NCBI RefSeq assembly: GCF_003324675.1
Contig: NZ_CP030918.1
Coordinates: 2,310,001 to 2,342,000 of the forward strand
DNA from: Paracoccus suum
GTDB lineage: Bacteria; Pseudomonadota; Alphaproteobacteria; Rhodobacterales; Rhodobacteraceae
Direction of reading: 5' to 3'
Length of the DNA stretch: 32,000 nucleotides
Positions 19,880 to 27,961 of this stretch are shown here, in pieces. Below the pieces are notes generated by a model. It saw only the letters and a program-made list of their open reading frames with translations. It did no database searches and was not told the DNA's origin. The position numbers and the translations under genes are program-made. Position 1 is the stretch's first letter, and every line of letters begins with the position of its first letter.

Positions 19880-19978
19880 GGCGTGTGCGGTCTCGTGAAA
19901 CAGACTTGCATGAAGAGCCTCAATTTACAGCGCAACTCTCACGGTGAGTGCAATAGCCTCTCGCAAAAGGGAGTCGTG

Positions 19979-21178
19979 ATGTATCTGATCAATACCTTAC
20001 CGGTATTCGGCCAGCCGCTCGATCCGCGCGATGCCGAGACGCTGGGGCAGACCGGGGCCGACAAGGTTTCGCGCATTTTGGCCCTGCGCGAGAACAACGC
20101 CCCCACGCCGCTGGTCGCGCTGCCGGGCCTCGCGCGAAAGCTGGGGCTCGCCTCGGTGCATCTGAAGGACGAAGGCCAGCGGCTCGGCCTCGGCAGCTTC
20201 AAGGCGCTGGGCGGGGCCTATGCGGTGATGCGGGTCGTGCAGGACGAGGCAAGTCGGCGCCTTGGCCGGGCGATCGAGCCAGAGGGACTGATGGCGCCGG
20301 ACGTGCGCGCGGTGGCTGCGTCCATCACCTTTGCCTGCGCGACTGACGGCAACCATGGCCGCTCGGTCGCTCAAGGGGCGCAGCTGCTCGGTGCGCGCTC
20401 GGTCATCTTTGTCCATGCCGGGGTCAGCCAGGCGCGGATCGATGCCATCGCGCGCCTGGGCGCCGAGGTCATCCGGGTCGACGGCCATTACGACGATTCC
20501 ATCGCGGAGGCGACGCGCGTTGCCTCCGCCAACGGCTGGACCATCCTGTCGGACACGTCCTGGCCCGGCTACGAGGAAATTCCCGGACTCGTCATGCAGG
20601 GCTACACGGCCATCGCCCGCGAGGCGCTGGCGGAGCTGCCCGCGCCGCCGACCCATGTCTTCCTGCAGGCCGGCGTCGGCGGTTTTGCCGCTGCGATCGC
20701 CGGGCACCTGGCTCTCGTCTTGGGCGAGCGACGCCCGCATGTCACGGTTGTCGACCCCGCCCGGGCCGCGAGTCTGTTCGCAAGCGCCCAGGCGGGGCGC
20801 GTCGTGCAGGTCCCGGCGGGTGAGCCGACGGTGATGGCCATGCTCGAGTGCTACGAGCCGTCGCTGGTCGCCTTCCGGGTACTGGAAAGACTGGCCAACG
20901 GATTCATGACTCTGGAGGAGGAGGACGCGATCGCCGTCGTCCGCCGGCTCGCGGAGCCCGAGCCCGGGGACCCGCCCGTTGTCGCCGGCGAGAGTGGCGG
21001 CGTGGGTCTGGCCGGCGCCATGGCCGTGCTGCGCGATGGCGAGCTTGCGCCTCGGATCGGCCTCGGGCCGCAGGCGCGGCTGCTGGTCATCAATACCGAA
21101 GGGGCGACCGATCCGGCGCTGTTCACGCGGATTGTCGGGCGCACACCGGAAACTGTGCTGACCCGCGAAAATGCCTGA
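19979..21178 (+). CDS. dpaL: 2,3-diaminopropionate ammonia-lyase (PLP-dependent, YgeX/DpaL type)
   Basis: 'PTPLVALPGLARKLGLASVHLKDEGQRLGLGSFKALGGAYAV', 'ATDGNHGRSVA', 'SWPGYEEIPGLVMQGYTAIA', 'LQAGVGGFAAA', 'AGESGGVGLAG' and 'INTEGATDP' parallel E. coli YgeX along its whole length (aligned by eye). AAAGGGAG precedes the ATG at 19979. The listed longer ORF runs antisense to lrp. Confidence 0.88.
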   Translation: MYLINTLPVFGQPLDPRDAETLGQTGADKVSRILALRENNAPTPLVALPGLARKLGLASVHLKDEGQRLGLGSFKALGGAYAVMRVVQDEASRRLGRAIEPEGLMAPDVRAVAASITFACATDGNHGRSVAQGAQLLGARSVIFVHAGVSQARIDAIARLGAEVIRVDGHYDDSIAEATRVASANGWTILSDTSWPGYEEIPGLVMQGYTAIAREALAELPAPPTHVFLQAGVGGFAAAIAGHLALVLGERRPHVTVVDPARAASLFASAQAGRVVQVPAGEPTVMAMLECYEPSLVAFRVLERLANGFMTLEEEDAIAVVRRLAEPEPGDPPVVAGESGGVGLAGAMAVLRDGELAPRIGLGPQARLLVINTEGATDPALFTRIVGRTPETVLTRENA

Positions 21179-21245
21179 TACGATATCAATGGACCAATCG
21201 CGCCCGGCCGGTCCGGACGGGCGTCATTCGGGAGGGGAGAGAAGA

Positions 21246-22064
21246 ATGAAATTGCTCGGCAGCCTGATCGTTGCTTCCGCCTTGCTGCTCGCGCCCTTGG
21301 CGCAGGCCGGCGAGACGCTGGATCGCGTCACCAAAAGCGGCAAGATGATGGTCGCGACCAACGCCGCGTGGCCTCCGCAAAGCTATCTCGACGATTCCAA
21401 CCAACTCGTCGGATATGACATCGACGTCGCGAACGAGATCGGAAAGCGTCTTGGCGCGAAAGTCACTTTCGACACGCCCGACTGGGGGTTGATGACCGGC
21501 GGCCGCTGGGGCGGCCGCTGGGACGCGGCGGTCGGATCGATCACGCCGACCAAGCCGCGGGCGCAGGTCCTCGATTTCGCGGGGGTCTATTACTATAGCC
21601 CGTATATCTTTGCCGTGCATGCCGACAGCGCCATCACCGACCAGAAGGACCTGAACGGCAAGAAGATCGGCGTCGAGACCGGCACCACCTCCGAGGACTA
21701 CATCAATCGGCGGCTGGAGATTGATGCGCCGGGCGTCGCGCCGATCCAGTACTGGCTGGAGCCGGGCGAGGTGAAGACCTATGCCAGCTCGCTGCTGCCA
21801 TTCGACGACCTGCGCCTCGGCGATGGCAAGCGCCTCGACGCGGTGATTGCGCCCGAGCAGACGGTGATGGGCGCCATCAAAAGCGGCTATCCGATCAAGG
21901 CACTGGAGGGTGACTATGCCTTCCGCGAGCCCCTAGTTGTGGTGGCCGACAAGGGCGATCCCGAGTGGACCGCGCGCCTTGGCGAGATCATCGAGCAGAT
22001 GCGTGCTGATGGCACTCTCGCGACCTTGACGACCAAATGGTACGGCAAGGATTACTCGAAGTAA
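21246..22064 (+). CDS. Periplasmic substrate-binding protein, family 3
   Basis: Signal peptide 'MKLLGSLIVASALLLAPLAQAGE'. 'GKMMVATNAAWPPQSYLD', 'GYDIDVANEIGKRLG' and 'WDAAVGSITPTKPR' are family-typical. GGGAGGGGAGAG precedes the ATG at 21246. Confidence 0.85.
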   Translation: MKLLGSLIVASALLLAPLAQAGETLDRVTKSGKMMVATNAAWPPQSYLDDSNQLVGYDIDVANEIGKRLGAKVTFDTPDWGLMTGGRWGGRWDAAVGSITPTKPRAQVLDFAGVYYYSPYIFAVHADSAITDQKDLNGKKIGVETGTTSEDYINRRLEIDAPGVAPIQYWLEPGEVKTYASSLLPFDDLRLGDGKRLDAVIAPEQTVMGAIKSGYPIKALEGDYAFREPLVVVADKGDPEWTARLGEIIEQMRADGTLATLTTKWYGKDYSK

Positions 22065-22072
22065 TGACATCC

Positions 22073-22098
22073 CGCGGCGCGACAAGGCTCGCGCCGCG
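22073..22098 (+). other. Perfect 10-bp GC hairpin inside the operon, directly after the binding-protein gene
   Basis: CGCGGCGCGA (22073-22082), loop caaggc, then TCGCGCCGCG (22089-22098), followed by 'ccttgcttc'. The next ATG is at 22117. Confidence 0.5.
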
Positions 22099-22116
22099 CC
22101 TTGCTTCGGGCGCGAC

Positions 22117-23421
22117 ATGACAGAACCAACGACTACCAATTACGCCGACGTCTGGTACCGGACGCGACTGGAATCGAGCGACCTGATTGCCCGTCCGCCA
22201 TTGTCGGGCCCAGCCGAGGCGGATGTCTGCATCATCGGCGGCGGCCTTGCCGGCCTGACCGCCGCGCATGATCTGGCCGTCGCCGGCCGCCGCGTCGTGC
22301 TGCTGGAAGCGCGGCGGGTCGCCTGGGGCGCCTCGGGGCGCAACGGCGGCTTTGTCAGCCCCGGCTACGCCCAGGGCTATGACGCCATCGCCCGGCGCTG
22401 CGGCGCGGAGGGGGCGGATGCACTGCACGCCATGTCGATCGAGGGCATGCGCATCGTCGCGGATACCATCGCCCGGCTGAGCATCGACCGCGCCGACCCG
22501 CGACCGGGCATCCTCGGCGCCGTACGCTACGATGCTGGGCGCGCGCTGCAGGACCGCCGCGACTGGCTGGCAGAGCGGTTCGACTATCACGTCGACTACC
22601 TCGACCGGGCCGCACTGGGCCAGCATCTGACCTCGCCGGTCTACCACCAGGCGCTGCACGACCTGAACGCCTTTCACTTTGACCCGTTGGCCTATGCGCG
22701 CGCCCTTGCGCGCGCGGCCGAAGCGGCCGGCGCCGTGATCCACGAGGGCAGCGCCGCGAGCGTGGTCAGCGGCAGCCCCGCCGGCTGGACCGTGGCCACA
22801 GCCGGCGGCGAGGTAAAGGCGCGCGACGTGCTGATCGCCACCGGTGGCTATACCGGCGGCCTGGTGCCGCAGCTGGACCGCGCGTTCCTGCCCATCGCCA
22901 CCTATGTCATGGTTACCAAGCCCGACCCCGAGCGGATCGCCACCGCGATCCACACAACCTCGGCCGTCGGCGACGACCGCCGGGCGGGGGACTATTACCG
23001 CCTCGTCGATGGCGGCCGGCGCATATTATGGGGCGGCAAGATCACCACCCGCCGCAGCGAGCCGCGCGATCTCGGCCGGTTGCTGCACGGCACCATGACC
23101 TCGACCTACCCGCAACTCGCTGGGATCGAGATCGACAAGGTCTGGTCGGGCCTGATGTCCTATGCCCGCCACCTCATGCCGCAGATCGGTCGCATGCCGT
23201 CCGGCCTCTGGCACTGCACGGCCTTCGGCGGCCACGGAATGAATACGACCGCCATCGGCGGGCGCGTCGTCGCCGAGGCGATCCTCGGCCAGTCCGACCG
23301 CTGGCGCCGGTTCGAGCCCTTCGGGCTGGAATGGACTGGCGGCCTTGCCGGCATGGCGGCCGTGCAACTGACCTATTGGAAGCTACAGGCGCAGGACGCC
23401 TGGCGAGAGCGCCGCGGCTGA
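22117..23421 (+). CDS. FAD-dependent oxidoreductase (DAO family; PuuB/OrdL / opine-oxidase-like)
   Basis: Dinucleotide-binding 'DVCIIGGGLAGLTAAHDLAVAGRRVVLLEA' followed by 'WGASGRNGGFV'. Near the C-terminus, 'GGHGMNTTAIGGRVVAEAI'. Confidence 0.85.
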   Translation: MTEPTTTNYADVWYRTRLESSDLIARPPLSGPAEADVCIIGGGLAGLTAAHDLAVAGRRVVLLEARRVAWGASGRNGGFVSPGYAQGYDAIARRCGAEGADALHAMSIEGMRIVADTIARLSIDRADPRPGILGAVRYDAGRALQDRRDWLAERFDYHVDYLDRAALGQHLTSPVYHQALHDLNAFHFDPLAYARALARAAEAAGAVIHEGSAASVVSGSPAGWTVATAGGEVKARDVLIATGGYTGGLVPQLDRAFLPIATYVMVTKPDPERIATAIHTTSAVGDDRRAGDYYRLVDGGRRILWGGKITTRRSEPRDLGRLLHGTMTSTYPQLAGIEIDKVWSGLMSYARHLMPQIGRMPSGLWHCTAFGGHGMNTTAIGGRVVAEAILGQSDRWRRFEPFGLEWTGGLAGMAAVQLTYWKLQAQDAWRERRG

Positions 23422-23444
23422 TCGGGCGAGCGGGAAGGGAATCG

Positions 23445-24416
23445 ATGCATTATCGGGACAACGTCGACTACCCGCCGCTGCTGACGCGGCCCGTGGTCTA
23501 CCTGCCGCTTCTGGGCGGCCTTTTCGCGGCGCTCGTGGCGATGAATGCCGGGGGCGGCGCATTCGGCCGGCTGACCTCCAGCGTCTTTCCCGCGGTGCAG
23601 GACGGCACGCAACTGAACGTGCTGACCGCGGCACTGGTCACGCTGCTGGCCGGCTTCAACATTTTTGTCGTCTTGCGGCTGCCCCTGCGCCAGCAGGTGT
23701 GGCTGGTCTGGGGCGAGCTGGCCCTGCTGATCCTGCTGTTCTTTTATTCCTTTGATCTCAGCTTCGTCTTCATCCGGCGCAAGATCGGCTTTCTGCTGTC
23801 GCAGGGGCTCGTCACGACCCTCTACATCTCGGCCATTTCCATCGTCATCGCGACGGTGCTGGCGATGATCGGCGCGGTGGCCAAGCTGTCGTCCAATGGG
23901 ATCGCGCTGGGGATCGCCAACTTCTACACTTCGCTGTTCCGCGGCCTGCCGCTGCTGATGCAGATCTACATGATCTACCTGGGCCTGCCGCAGCTCGGCT
24001 ATGTCGTCGATGCAGTGCCAACCGGCATCGCCGCCCTGTCGCTCTGCTACGGCGCCTACATGACCGAGATCTTTCGCGCCGGGATCGAGAGCATCCCCAA
24101 GGGCCAATGGGAGGCGTCGCGCGCCCTCGGGATGCGGCCCGCGGCGGTGATGACGCGCATCATCCTGCCGCAATCCATGCGCGTGATCATCCCGCCGACC
24201 GGCAACCAGTTCATTTCGATGCTCAAGGACAGCTCGCTCGTCTCGGTCGTCGGCGTGTGGGAATTGATGTACCTGGCCCGCACCCAAGGCCAGACTGAGT
24301 TCCGGCATGTCGAGATGATGATCACGGCATCGCTGATCTACTGGATGCTCTCTATCGTGCTGGAGCTGGTGCAGAAGATGATCGAAAAACACTACAACAA
24401 GTCGGTGACCCGGTGA
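23445..24416 (+). CDS. Amino acid ABC transporter permease with an N-terminal membrane extension
   Basis: EAA loop '[39 protein letters not shown]'. About 100 extra N-terminal residues contain hydrophobic helices. GGGAAGGGA precedes the ATG at 23445. The listed ORF start at 23028 overlaps the FAD gene. Confidence 0.85.
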   Translation: MHYRDNVDYPPLLTRPVVYLPLLGGLFAALVAMNAGGGAFGRLTSSVFPAVQDGTQLNVLTAALVTLLAGFNIFVVLRLPLRQQVWLVWGELALLILLFFYSFDLSFVFIRRKIGFLLSQGLVTTLYISAISIVIATVLAMIGAVAKLSSNGIALGIANFYTSLFRGLPLLMQIYMIYLGLPQLGYVVDAVPTGIAALSLCYGAYMTEIFRAGIESIPKGQWEASRALGMRPAAVMTRIILPQSMRVIIPPTGNQFISMLKDSSLVSVVGVWELMYLARTQGQTEFRHVEMMITASLIYWMLSIVLELVQKMIEKHYNKSVTR

Positions 24417-25162
24417 GCCCCATGAATGACGAACCCGCGGTCCACATCCGGGACTTGTGCAAGTGGTACGGCGATCTGCAGGTGCTGTATGACGTCGACC
24501 TGACCATTGCCAGGGGCGAGCGGCTGGTGATCTGCGGCCCATCCGGGTCGGGCAAGTCCACGCTCATCCGGACGATCAACGCCCTGGAGGGCTTCCAGAA
24601 GGGCGAGATCACCGTCAGCGGCGTGCGCCTGACGCGCGAGCCGGCGGTCGTCGAAGGTGTGCGGCGGCGCGTCGGAATGGTGTTCCAGCAGTTCAACCTG
24701 TTTCCCCACCTGACCGTACTGGAAAACTGCGCACTGCCATTGCGGCTGGTGCGCCGGTTGCCCGCGGCCGAGGCGCGCGACCGGGCGATGCACTACCTGA
24801 CCAAGGTCCGCATCCCCGAGCAGGCGGCGAAATACCCCGGCCAGCTGTCCGGCGGCCAGCAGCAGCGGGTCGCCATTGCCCGCGCCGTGGCCATGCAGCC
24901 CGAGGTGATGCTGTTCGATGAGCCGACAAGCGCGCTCGACCCCGAGATGGTCAAGGAAGTGCTCGACGTCATGGTCCAGCTTGCAGCCGAAGGCATGACC
25001 ATGGCGGTCGTCACCCACGAGATGGGCTTTGCCCGCGAGGTCGCGGACCGCGTCATCTTCATGGACGATGGCCGAATCGTGGAACATGCGCCGCCGGAGG
25101 TGTTCTTTACGACCCCCCGCAGCGAGCGCACCCAGGCCTTTCTGCGCCAAGTGCTGCACTGA
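24413..25162 (+). CDS. Amino acid ABC transporter ATP-binding protein
   Basis: 'GPSGSGKST', '[15 protein letters not shown]', '[11 protein letters not shown]' and 'VVTHEMGFA'. The start is either GTG at 24413 (GTGA overlap with the permease stop) or ATG at 24422. Confidence 0.93.
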   Translation: MSPMNDEPAVHIRDLCKWYGDLQVLYDVDLTIARGERLVICGPSGSGKSTLIRTINALEGFQKGEITVSGVRLTREPAVVEGVRRRVGMVFQQFNLFPHLTVLENCALPLRLVRRLPAAEARDRAMHYLTKVRIPEQAAKYPGQLSGGQQQRVAIARAVAMQPEVMLFDEPTSALDPEMVKEVLDVMVQLAAEGMTMAVVTHEMGFAREVADRVIFMDDGRIVEHAPPEVFFTTPRSERTQAFLRQVLH

Positions 25163-25242
25163 AAGCGCGAATGATTATGTGCGTTTCGGGGGCTGGGTTT
25201 GCACCGCCATGATCCCCGTCCGCAAGCGCGCCGTGCGCCCAG

Positions 25243-25623
25243 TTATGAGGGCTGCGCCTCGGGGGCCGGCGGATTCGCCATGATCTCCCGCACGACCTCG
25301 GCTGGCCGGCAAAGCCGCGTGCCGCGCTCGGTCCGCACGAACGGACGGTTCAAAAGAATGGGATGCGCCTCGATTGCGTCCAGCAATTGCGCGTCGGACA
25401 ACGTCGGGTCGGCCAGCCCCAGCTCGGCATATGGTGTCCCCGCCTCGCGGAGTGCCGCGCGCAAGGTCAGGCCTGCCTCGGTCACCAAGGCCATGATCGC
25501 GCTTCGGGTCGGGGGGTCGCGAAGGTAGTCGATCACCTCCGGCGTCTCGCCGCCCTCGCGCAAGGTCGCCAGCACCTTGCGGGAGGTGCTGCACTTGGGG
25601 TTGTGCCAGATGGTCGCGGTCAT
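25243..25623 (-). CDS. arsC: Arsenate reductase, glutaredoxin-coupled type
   Basis: 'MTATIWHNPKCSTSRKVL' (catalytic Cys context), 'HPILLNRPFV' and 'GTRLCRPAEVV' parallel R773/E. coli ArsC throughout. GAGGTGAG precedes the ATG at 25623. The listed 167-aa ORF is an upstream extension. Confidence 0.88.
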   Translation of the reverse strand: MTATIWHNPKCSTSRKVLATLREGGETPEVIDYLRDPPTRSAIMALVTEAGLTLRAALREAGTPYAELGLADPTLSDAQLLDAIEAHPILLNRPFVRTERGTRLCRPAEVVREIMANPPAPEAQPS

Positions 25624-25919
25624 GGTCTCACCTCGCTTGGTGCGCTTTCGGGCGTGGTTGGCAACGGGCTGGCGGCGCATGGCGTTGCGCCGCCCAGAGT
25701 GCTGATGACTGTCGCCGAGACAGCACTGCTGTCCACCCCCGATCAAGCGAGGGCGGCCGCGGCGGGTTCAACGGCTGCCGCTATCGACTATGGGCGCAAC
25801 GGCTTTCCAGCAAGAGCCGTTAATCGCGGGGCAGTAGCGTAGTCCGTAGATCGCTGCGCCGATCTCGGTCGATGGTGAACGAACTGGCCCTCGCTGGCCC
25901 CAAATTCGCAGCGCTGATC

Positions 25920-26579
25920 TCATTGCCCGGCATGGCCCGCGTCGCCGGGCCACACTACGGAAGCTCGCTTGGTATCCAGCCGATAATCCGAATAGCGGCG
26001 GTCCAGGATTTCCGCACCCAGTCGCTCGGCCTGCCCAACACAATCGGCGGGGTCATGGCGAACTTCACAGCGGCTGTTGCCGACACCGTGGACCACGCCG
26101 ACGAAATCGGAATGGGTATAGCGCGAAAATTCCTGCATCTGGTGCACGATGCCCAGCGTGGCGCCCGGATAGGTCTCTTCCGAAGCGAGAACCAGCCCGA
26201 GCCTTTTGCCCGCCATCGCGCGCAAGACGCCCTGCGAGTCCGGTGAGGACGCCGCATAGTGGCAAAAGCACCTGTCGAAGAAGGCCTTGGTCTGCGCCGA
26301 CATGCCGTACCAGTAGATCGGCGAGCAAAAGACGACGGCGCGAGCAGGCAGGAATTCCTGGAAAAAGAGCGCGCGGTATCCGTCATTGATCGTGCATTCG
26401 CCGTCCGGCCCACGGCAGGTGCGGCAGTCGCGCAGGAAGCTGGTTAGGTGATCGTCGAGAAAGCGCAGCGCGACGTCGGTCCCGGCGGCCTCGGCCCCGC
26501 GCCGCACCGCCTCGGCCAGCGTAGCGGAATTTCCCTGCCGGCGGGGGCTACCGATCAGGACTAGAAGTTTGTCGGACAT
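25920..26579 (-). CDS. Flavodoxin-fold NAD(P)H-dependent FMN reductase-like protein
   Basis: 'KLLVLIGSPRRQGNSATLAEAV' and 'FCSPIYWYGMSAQTKAFFDR' are characteristic of the FMN-reductase/multimeric flavodoxin fold. It also carries a Cys cluster 'DCRTCRGPDGEC'. Confidence 0.75.
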   Translation of the reverse strand: MSDKLLVLIGSPRRQGNSATLAEAVRRGAEAAGTDVALRFLDDHLTSFLRDCRTCRGPDGECTINDGYRALFFQEFLPARAVVFCSPIYWYGMSAQTKAFFDRCFCHYAASSPDSQGVLRAMAGKRLGLVLASEETYPGATLGIVHQMQEFSRYTHSDFVGVVHGVGNSRCEVRHDPADCVGQAERLGAEILDRRYSDYRLDTKRASVVWPGDAGHAGQ

Positions 26580-26710
26580 GTCGGGCCATCCTTCACCAAA
26601 ACTCGGGCCTTGAGCCCTTTGGAGTGGAGTGACGCTGCGCGATATGCTTTCTATTTATCAACTACCTACTATTTCCTCATATACTTACGATTTGGTTAGA
26701 ATGGGCGGCC
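26580..26710. promoter_or_regulatory. AT-rich divergent promoter region between the flavoprotein and hxlR-like genes
   Basis: The stretch 'gatatgctttctatttatcaactacctactatttcctcatatacttacgatttggttaga' (26641-26700) is far more AT-rich than its surroundings. It contains CTATTT twice. I could not define the operator. Confidence 0.35.
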
Positions 26711-27058
26711 ATGACCATTCGCAGGCAATCCTACAACGCTGGGCTCGGGCCGGTTTTCGCAATCCTGGGTGGCAAGTGGAAAGGCGTGATCCTGTGGGAA
26801 CTGCATGATGGCGCGGAGCGATTTGGCGCGCTGAAGCGGCGCATCCCCGGCATCAGCGAGAAGATGCTGATCCAGCAGTTGCGCGAAATGGAGGCCGACG
26901 GCTTGGTGCACCGGGAGATGTTTCATCAGGTCCCGCCGCGCGTGGACTATTCCCTGACGCCACTCGGTGCCTCGCTCAACGAGGCCCTGAAGCCGCTGTG
27001 CGAATGGGGGAGGACGCATCTCGGTGAAGGTAGTGCGGAGACTGAGCCCGTTACGTGA
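26711..27058 (+). CDS. HxlR-family transcriptional regulator
   Basis: 'FAILGGKWKGVILWELHDGAERFGALKRRIPGISEKMLIQQLREMEADGLVHR' and 'PPRVDYSLTPLG' form the HxlR winged-helix signature. Confidence 0.87.
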   Translation: MTIRRQSYNAGLGPVFAILGGKWKGVILWELHDGAERFGALKRRIPGISEKMLIQQLREMEADGLVHREMFHQVPPRVDYSLTPLGASLNEALKPLCEWGRTHLGEGSAETEPVT

Positions 27059-27073
27059 CGAGCGGGCGCTTGC

Positions 27074-27961
27074 TTATTCCGAGGACGCTAGAAAGTCGTC
27101 CACTAGCCCACTCGCTCTTTCGCGCATCTCCGGATCAAAGCTCAGGGGCGACAGCGAGGAGCGCTCGTTCTGGTCGAAGCCGTGGTCTGCATCCGCAAGG
27201 AGCGTCACCGTGATGCGCGCTCCGCGGCGCCGGAGGCGGTCGGCGAGATCTTCACAGGCGGGGGTGCTGATGATCTGGTCCTCGGCGGCAAGCAGCATCA
27301 GGATCGGCGGGGCGCGGGTCCAGTCGCCCTGGTCCGCGCCGTTCAGCAGGCCGCAATACGGGTAGAGCAGGATTACCGCGTCCAGGCTGGCAAGCAGCCG
27401 GGGGTGGGTGGCAGGCCAGCTTTGCAAAGCGGGCGAGGGCTGCCCGGTCACTGCCTGGCGCAGGAACTCCATCGCCGCCCAGCCGCCATGCGAGGCGCCG
27501 AGGACGACCCGCCGCCCCGGGGGCAGAACCGGATCGGCCAAGGCGACCGCGACATCCCCCGCACGCTCGGCCCCCGGCAGGGCCTGCCCGGCGCAGACCA
27601 GCCGCCAGGCCTCCAGTCGGTCGAGGCCGCGCGGGCTGTGGCTGTCGAGGACAAGGGCGAGGTAGCCGTGGCTGGCGAGCCGTCCCGCCCAGAAATCCAT
27701 GTTGTCGTGGACACCGTCGCAGCCGGACAGCAAGACGGCGCCCCCGATTTCGGCGACTCCGGCAGGTGGAGGGGTAAGCTGCCAATACGGCAACAGCGCA
27801 GCGCGGCGCTCGGCCGCCGTGTCGGACGCACCCGTCCAGCCGGCCCATTGCCGCCCGGTGTTGACGCCGACGGCCAGCAGCATCAGCAACGCCACGGCGG
27901 CGGCGATCAGGCCCGTGCGCTTCAGCCGTTGTCGCATCCCTGCTGGAACCCTCTGTTGCAA
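27074..27961 (-). CDS. Membrane-anchored dienelactone-hydrolase-like alpha/beta hydrolase
   Basis: N-terminal anchor 'GLIAAAVALLMLLAVGV', nucleophile elbow 'VLGASHGGWAAM', acid context 'LLAAEDQI' and histidine context 'DADHGF'. Alternative start at 27937. Confidence 0.7.
   Translation of the reverse strand: MQQRVPAGMRQRLKRTGLIAAAVALLMLLAVGVNTGRQWAGWTGASDTAAERRAALLPYWQLTPPPAGVAEIGGAVLLSGCDGVHDNMDFWAGRLASHGYLALVLDSHSPRGLDRLEAWRLVCAGQALPGAERAGDVAVALADPVLPPGRRVVLGASHGGWAAMEFLRQAVTGQPSPALQSWPATHPRLLASLDAVILLYPYCGLLNGADQGDWTRAPPILMLLAAEDQIISTPACEDLADRLRRRGARITVTLLADADHGFDQNERSSLSPLSFDPEMRERASGLVDDFLASSE

Noticed and set aside
19493-19978. Upstream 162 codons of the listed 561-aa ORF that contains dpaL
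   Set aside because: This part runs antisense to the Lrp gene. The lyase homology begins at 'MYLINTLP' (ATG at 19979), which has its own SD.
23373-24542. 389-aa ORF on the - strand
   Set aside because: It is antisense to the ABC permease, which has a clear EAA loop on the + strand. Its composition is Arg/Gln/Asp-rich and lacks motifs.
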